IMG/VR virus record: IMGVR_UViG_3300028833_000145 | Strand: one strand, 5' to 3' | Origin: an uncultured virus (IMG/VR IMGVR_UViG_3300028833_000145) | Lineage: Duplodnaviria > Heunggongvirae > Uroviricota > Caudoviricetes | DNA length: 20,000 bases | In this document: in pieces, positions 16,308 to 20,000 of the stretch | Layout: every line of letters begins with the position of its first letter | How positions within the stretch are numbered: position 1 is the first letter of the stretch | Program-made: the position numbers and the translations under genes | Notes under the pieces: generated by a model | What the model saw: the letters and a program-made list of their open reading frames with translations, nothing else | What the model was told of the DNA's origin: nothing | Databases searched by the model: none

Positions 16308-16412
16308 ATGGCAAGTGACCAGATAGAATATTGTGGAGAGTGTGAGAACAAAGAGAAGTGCAGACTTGCTCTCAAGCGGGGAGAAGATCCTCATTGTCCT
16401 CATGCTGGGTAA
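16308..16412 (+). CDS. small Cys-containing protein (34 aa)
   Basis: SD GAGGAG. MASDQIEYCGECENKEKCRLALKRGEDPHCPHAG. Confidence 0.55.
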   Translation: MASDQIEYCGECENKEKCRLALKRGEDPHCPHAG

Positions 16413-16424
16413 AATAGTTTAACT

Positions 16425-16509
16425 GTGGGTGTGCGCCGAATGGATAAGGCAGCGGCCTTCTAAGCCGCCGGGATTTCCCATGCTGGTTCGACTCCAGTCA
16501 CCCACGCCA
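16425..16509 (+). tRNA. tRNA-Arg(UCU) with a long variable arm, 85 nt
   Basis: GTGGGTG/CACCCAC acceptor, GCGGC-CTTCTAA-GCCGC anticodon arm, GCTGG-TTCGACT-CCAGT T arm, G73 and CCA. Variable region CGGGATTTCCCAT. Confidence 0.9.
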
Positions 16510-16600
16510 TTCATTCATGGTGCATCTCGACACCTAAGGGCCAAAGGCAAGTCCGAGTCTGGCAACAGATGGCCTGAGGTCCTTTCTTATTTTAAGCCTT

Positions 16601-16963
16601 ATGTCAGCTAAGACCCTGTGTGATCGCCTCAGCCTCAGGTTCTTCAAGTGCCGCAGCCAACGGCTTGTTGAGAAGTACTGCAAGCTTTGCAAAACAAACT
16701 TGAAAATTGACTATGAGCTAGATCCAAGAAGTGAAGACATGTGGAGGTCTGGAACATTTCCAAATTGTTCCCCATATCTGATTGAGATCTACAACTTGAC
16801 AAAGTACAAGGGTGAGCACTGTCACTGTGGCAAAGACATCCGGTTTGGAGAAGGCAGGACCTTGAGAGAAGCCTGGGATGATCTCTTCAAGAACATCCTA
16901 GACTTTGAAGGTGTCACAAGTGAAGATGGACTTTGGTTGAAGCTTGACATTTCTAGAGCCTAA
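16601..16963 (+). CDS. hypothetical protein
   Basis: 120-aa ORF. C-terminal SEDGLWLKLD resembles the SPEEL motif. Confidence 0.65.
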   Translation: MSAKTLCDRLSLRFFKCRSQRLVEKYCKLCKTNLKIDYELDPRSEDMWRSGTFPNCSPYLIEIYNLTKYKGEHCHCGKDIRFGEGRTLREAWDDLFKNILDFEGVTSEDGLWLKLDISRA

Positions 16964-17153
16964 GATCCTATAAGTCCAAATATGCTCACTATTCTCTAAA
17001 AAAATATTATTATGTAAATAACAATGTTTTATAAATTATTCGAGACGATTTCCAAAACATGGATTTCTAAAGACATTTTAAGCTAAGCATGAATGAGCGG
17101 TTTTCTCAGAATTGCAAGGCTGCAAACAAAAACAAACAAGAAAGAAAAAGAAA

Positions 17154-17954
17154 ATGAAGAAAATGATTATGGCATTTGCAATTGCAGCTGCTGCTGGCTT
17201 TGCAAGTGCTTCTTGTACTGACTGCCCGTTCGGCTATCGTGTGAAGGTGATGGTCCGCACGACAGACAGTTGTAGTTCTATCAACACCGCCAAGAATGCA
17301 TGTGAGGAGTGCAACATGGTCTCATTCCGTGGCCCTGCAATCCGCAAGCTTGTTGGTGTTGTATATGGCACGACTCCAACAGGAGCTGGTGTGTGTGGTG
17401 ATGATGGATGCGAATGCAATGACTGGAAGGACACAGCAAGCATAGCATTCTTTGACTATGACACCGGCCGTCCTATGTCACTTGATGCTGGAACAACCGA
17501 GCTCATACAGCTCAACCGCATTGGGTGCAAGGCAGAGGATCGTGCAAAGGCAGAGATGGCATTCACAGCAGGATTCACTTGCGGCAGCAATGTTGCTAAG
17601 ATGACATTTGCTGGATTTGGCCTCTGTGGAAACCATGATGGCAAGATAACTGTTGGTGCAATCTCCGGATATTGTGCTGGCCAACTTCCTGCTTCAGCAA
17701 TGACTGCAGCTGGAAGTCCATGTGCTGATCCAACTGTTGACTGTGGAAACATGGTGTGGAATCTCTGCAACAACACTTACTACAAGTGTGCTTATACAGC
17801 TGCTTATGGCAAGTGGACACTTGTGTGGGATGCAAGTGTGGCTGACAAGGTTGGAACAAATCTCACAACATCACAGGCTAAGACTGGGTGGGGCACTGCA
17901 ACTCCAGTTGCATTCAAGGATGCTCGTGCCTGCTGTGATTGCTCTGACATATAA
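17154..17954 (+). CDS. secreted cysteine-rich protein (266 aa, 19 Cys)
   Basis: Signal peptide MKKMIMAFAIAAAAGFASA. AT-rich upstream region with TAAATA at 17015-17020 and no TTGCCA promoter. Confidence 0.85.
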   Translation: MKKMIMAFAIAAAAGFASASCTDCPFGYRVKVMVRTTDSCSSINTAKNACEECNMVSFRGPAIRKLVGVVYGTTPTGAGVCGDDGCECNDWKDTASIAFFDYDTGRPMSLDAGTTELIQLNRIGCKAEDRAKAEMAFTAGFTCGSNVAKMTFAGFGLCGNHDGKITVGAISGYCAGQLPASAMTAAGSPCADPTVDCGNMVWNLCNNTYYKCAYTAAYGKWTLVWDASVADKVGTNLTTSQAKTGWGTATPVAFKDARACCDCSDI

Positions 17955-17978
17955 GTTCACTTGATTGACTGGTGCTTT

Positions 17979-18012
17979 AAGATGGCTGCACTTAGGTGTG
18001 GCCATCTTTTTT
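17979..18012 (+). terminator. intrinsic terminator
   Basis: AAGATGGCTGCAC-TTAG-GTGTGGCCATCTT plus T-tract. Confidence 0.85.
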
Positions 18013-18076
18013 AGTTGCCAAGTTCAATGTGTTTTGATATAATTGTCTCATCAACAAACCACTAAAGAGAATTCAA

Positions 18077-18583
18077 ATGGCAAACTTCACTGAACCTCAA
18101 ATCCAAGGAATGCTCAAAGCTCTCAGAGATGACATGGGCTATCCAGCTACTCGTGAGCTAGCAATTCTTGAGCTTGAAGACATGAAGCGGAAGGGTTGTC
18201 TCTGTGAGAGGACAGATGGCTACTGCATTGGTTGCTCAGCTATGGCTAATGGCAGTGGAGCATGTCCTATGAATAACTGGGAGAAGCGCCATCCTGAATA
18301 CAAGAATGATGAGCTGGCAATGAAGATAAAGATCCTCGAAGCTGGTGGTGAGGAAGCTTACAAAGCCAAGCTCAAAGCTCAGGAAGAAGCTAAGAGGAAA
18401 GCTGAAGAGGAAGCTCAGAAGGCCACTGATGTTGATAGGGCTGAAGCATGCCGCTATCTCTTGAATCTTTACTGCAATTCTAAGCTTACTGCTACACCTG
18501 GTGGAATTATTGATTTTGTGTACAACATTCTTCATGCGAAGACCAAAGCTGAGATTTGGAATGAAGTTGCCAAGACGGCTTGA
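18077..18583 (+). CDS. hypothetical protein, paralog of 1837..2364 (N-terminal half)
   Basis: Promoter at 18015. RELAxLxLEDxKRKGC...WEKRHPEYxNDELA is shared. Confidence 0.85.
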   Translation: MANFTEPQIQGMLKALRDDMGYPATRELAILELEDMKRKGCLCERTDGYCIGCSAMANGSGACPMNNWEKRHPEYKNDELAMKIKILEAGGEEAYKAKLKAQEEAKRKAEEEAQKATDVDRAEACRYLLNLYCNSKLTATPGGIIDFVYNILHAKTKAEIWNEVAKTA

Positions 18584-18634
18584 GTTTGATATAATTGTCT
18601 CATCAACCACCACTAAACGAAAGGAAACAATCAA

Positions 18635-18961
18635 ATGACACGTGAACAGAAGATTGAAATCTGCCGGAATCTCCTTGCGGACAACAAGAACCGTTTCTGC
18701 AAGGTTGACTTCATCAAGAAGGATGGGACCACCCGCCGCATGGTTCTTCACAAGTCCAAGAAGCTTGAGGCAACCGTGAATGGGATGCACCCTCTCATCA
18801 CTTCTAAGGCGAATGAGACCCTCCATGCAAATGGCATGATGCGTGTTGAGGAGTTCTGTCGCGATGAAGCCGGAAATCCGATCCACCAGTGGCGGACTTT
18901 GAATCTTGGAACCATCACTCGTCTTGCGGTGAATGGTGCTGTGCTTGACTTCACAAAGTGA
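18635..18961 (+). CDS. WYL_2/Sm-like SH3 beta-barrel-like protein
   Basis: V-D-F-I-K-K-D-G-T-T-R-R-M ... W-R-T-L-N-L-x-T-I. Promoter at 18567, SD GAAAGGA. Confidence 0.7.
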   Translation: MTREQKIEICRNLLADNKNRFCKVDFIKKDGTTRRMVLHKSKKLEATVNGMHPLITSKANETLHANGMMRVEEFCRDEAGNPIHQWRTLNLGTITRLAVNGAVLDFTK

Positions 18962-18992
18962 GTTGGTGAGACAGAGAGGGAGACACTAAGCT

Positions 18993-19391
18993 ATGGCTAT
19001 GACACAGGACGAGATATGTGACTTTTGGAAGCTTGGTGTCTCCCTCCAAAAAGTGCCAGAAGACTCTGACAATCCTCAGGTGCTGAATGCAAGAATGCAG
19101 TATGAGTACTTGAGAGACAAGATGCTAGCTGAGATAGCTTCTCAGAAAGAGACTGCAGAAGAAGAGAAAGCTAAGATGGATGTCAAGACTGCAGAAGAAG
19201 AGAAAGCTAAGATGGATGTCAAGACTGCAGTCAACTATCTTGATGCTACATTGATGTTGCTTGCAACAATAGCTAGCAAGATCCCTCAGCTTGCTAGTGA
19301 TCCAAATGTCACCCAGATGATAGACAATGCAAAGCTTGCTAGTGAATGGCTTCATGAGAATCTAGACAGCCTCAAGAATCCTGAGACATGA
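18993..19391 (+). CDS. hypothetical protein with internal 12-aa tandem duplication
   Basis: SD GAGGGG. TAEEEKAKMDVK occurs twice. Confidence 0.75.
   Translation: MAMTQDEICDFWKLGVSLQKVPEDSDNPQVLNARMQYEYLRDKMLAEIASQKETAEEEKAKMDVKTAEEEKAKMDVKTAVNYLDATLMLLATIASKIPQLASDPNVTQMIDNAKLASEWLHENLDSLKNPET
19150..19230 (+). repeat. exact 36-bp tandem duplication (2.25 copies)
   Basis: AGACTGCAGAAGAAGAGAAAGCTAAGATGGATGTCA twice, then AGACTGCAG. Confidence 0.95.
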
Positions 19392-19404
19392 TATAATATG
19401 ACTT

Positions 19405-19695
19405 GTGAAAGATCCTAGCGATTTGGTGAAGATAAGGCCTCAGCCTGCAGATGACTTTAGTGACGACATAGCCAATGGTCGTCTTTTTTGGCAATGTGAG
19501 AGCTATGATGAATACCGTCTTCACTGCACAATAGAAGGCATAGAGCCACTCTACACTAGGAGAGAATTTGATGAGATGAAGCAGCCTGGATCGGTTTCAC
19601 TTGAAGGTCTGCATGAAGTGTCTCAAAAATATGGTGTAGATATTGCAACTATGCTAGGAATCAATCCGCAACATGTCGATGCTATCAATCTTTGA
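19405..19695 (+). CDS. hypothetical protein
   Basis: GTG 7 nt after TGATATAAT (19389-19397). Confidence 0.7.
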   Translation: MKDPSDLVKIRPQPADDFSDDIANGRLFWQCESYDEYRLHCTIEGIEPLYTRREFDEMKQPGSVSLEGLHEVSQKYGVDIATMLGINPQHVDAINL

Positions 19696-20000
19696 TAAGT
19701 TCTTCAAGAAGCTGCAGCCTGAGAAATCCAGACAGCCTCAAGAATCCAGTGATGGACAGAAGGCAATAGCCAAGCTGCTTGAGTTGACGGAATGCACAGA
19801 TCTCAGGATAGATGAACAGCGTCAAGTATACTTTGTCAAGAATGGCAAAGCACATTGGGTGATGCTCAAGCCTGACAAAGATCGAATCACTATATACGGA
19901 ACCAAAGTCATGTTCAAGACAGGTGGAAGAGACTTGTCTTGGAAAGACATAAGTCCGGAGCTGTGTGATAGGCTAGTTCTGGAATCACTTTGTGGAACTT
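19673..20000 (+). CDS. hypothetical protein, partial (runs off the window)
   Basis: Open frame MSMLSIFDKFFKKLQPEKSRQPQESSDGQKAIAKLLELTECTDLRIDEQRQVYFVKNG... continues to the end of the window. Confidence 0.65.
   Translation, partial: MSMLSIFDKFFKKLQPEKSRQPQESSDGQKAIAKLLELTECTDLRIDEQRQVYFVKNGKAHWVMLKPDKDRITIYGTKVMFKTGGRDLSWKDISPELCDRLVLESLCGT

Larger units (their letters stand above)
394..18595 (+). promoter_or_regulatory. Dispersed family of 31 sigma70-type early promoters, consensus GTTGCCAA-N~13-TTGATATAATT
   Basis: -35 hexamer starts at 394, 909, 1276, 1490, 1773, 2367, 2576, 3002, 3623, 4397, 4684, 5330, 5919, 6453, 6816, 8052, 8358, 9125, 10525, 10825, 11968, 12925, 13477, 13915, 14377, 14607, 15099, 15481, 15939, 18015 and 18567. 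Spacer is 17 nt (16 at 5919). -10 is TATAAT (a few TAGAAT, TATGAT or TATTAT) preceded by TGn. All lie on + directly upstream of ORFs. Weaker copies at 12605, 13203 and 19392 (-10 only). Confidence 0.92.

Noticed and set aside
394..18595. Repeated GTTGCCAA...TTGATATAATT as a CRISPR array or integron attC sites
   Set aside because: Spacing is irregular (200-2000 bp) with whole genes in between and the middle is variable. The geometry matches -35/17/-10 promoters, with no attC-type long palindrome or GTTRRRY core.

Overview
Part of a large phage genome, probably T4-like or jumbo (inferred from gene density, phage-type small ORFs, tRNAs and TATAAATA-type late promoters). Most of the window is an array of short + strand genes, many with their own near-identical sigma70-type promoter (TTGCCA-N17-TATAAT with extended -10 TG; 31 copies counted by eye). 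Recognisable products are a metallophosphoesterase, an M20/M28-like peptidase, a P-loop kinase, an HExxH zincin, two WYL_2/Sm-like proteins, a lipoprotein and a Cys-rich secreted protein. The main signal is missing from the standard-code ORF track and points to stop-codon recoding. (i) A minus-strand STAS anti-anti-sigma gene (346..23) contains three in-frame TAG codons. (ii) A second ORF (11707..11931) reads through one TAG. (iii) An amber-suppressor tRNA(CUA) with a Gln-type acceptor stem (2954..2863) lies behind a perfect T4 late promoter and carries two tandem 17-nt anticodon arms (CUA then CUG). The sigma70-driven genes need no internal TAG and some end in TAG, which suggests an early/late switch of genetic code. 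A tRNA-Arg(UCU) with a long variable arm and a candidate ~180-nt structured RNA are also present.
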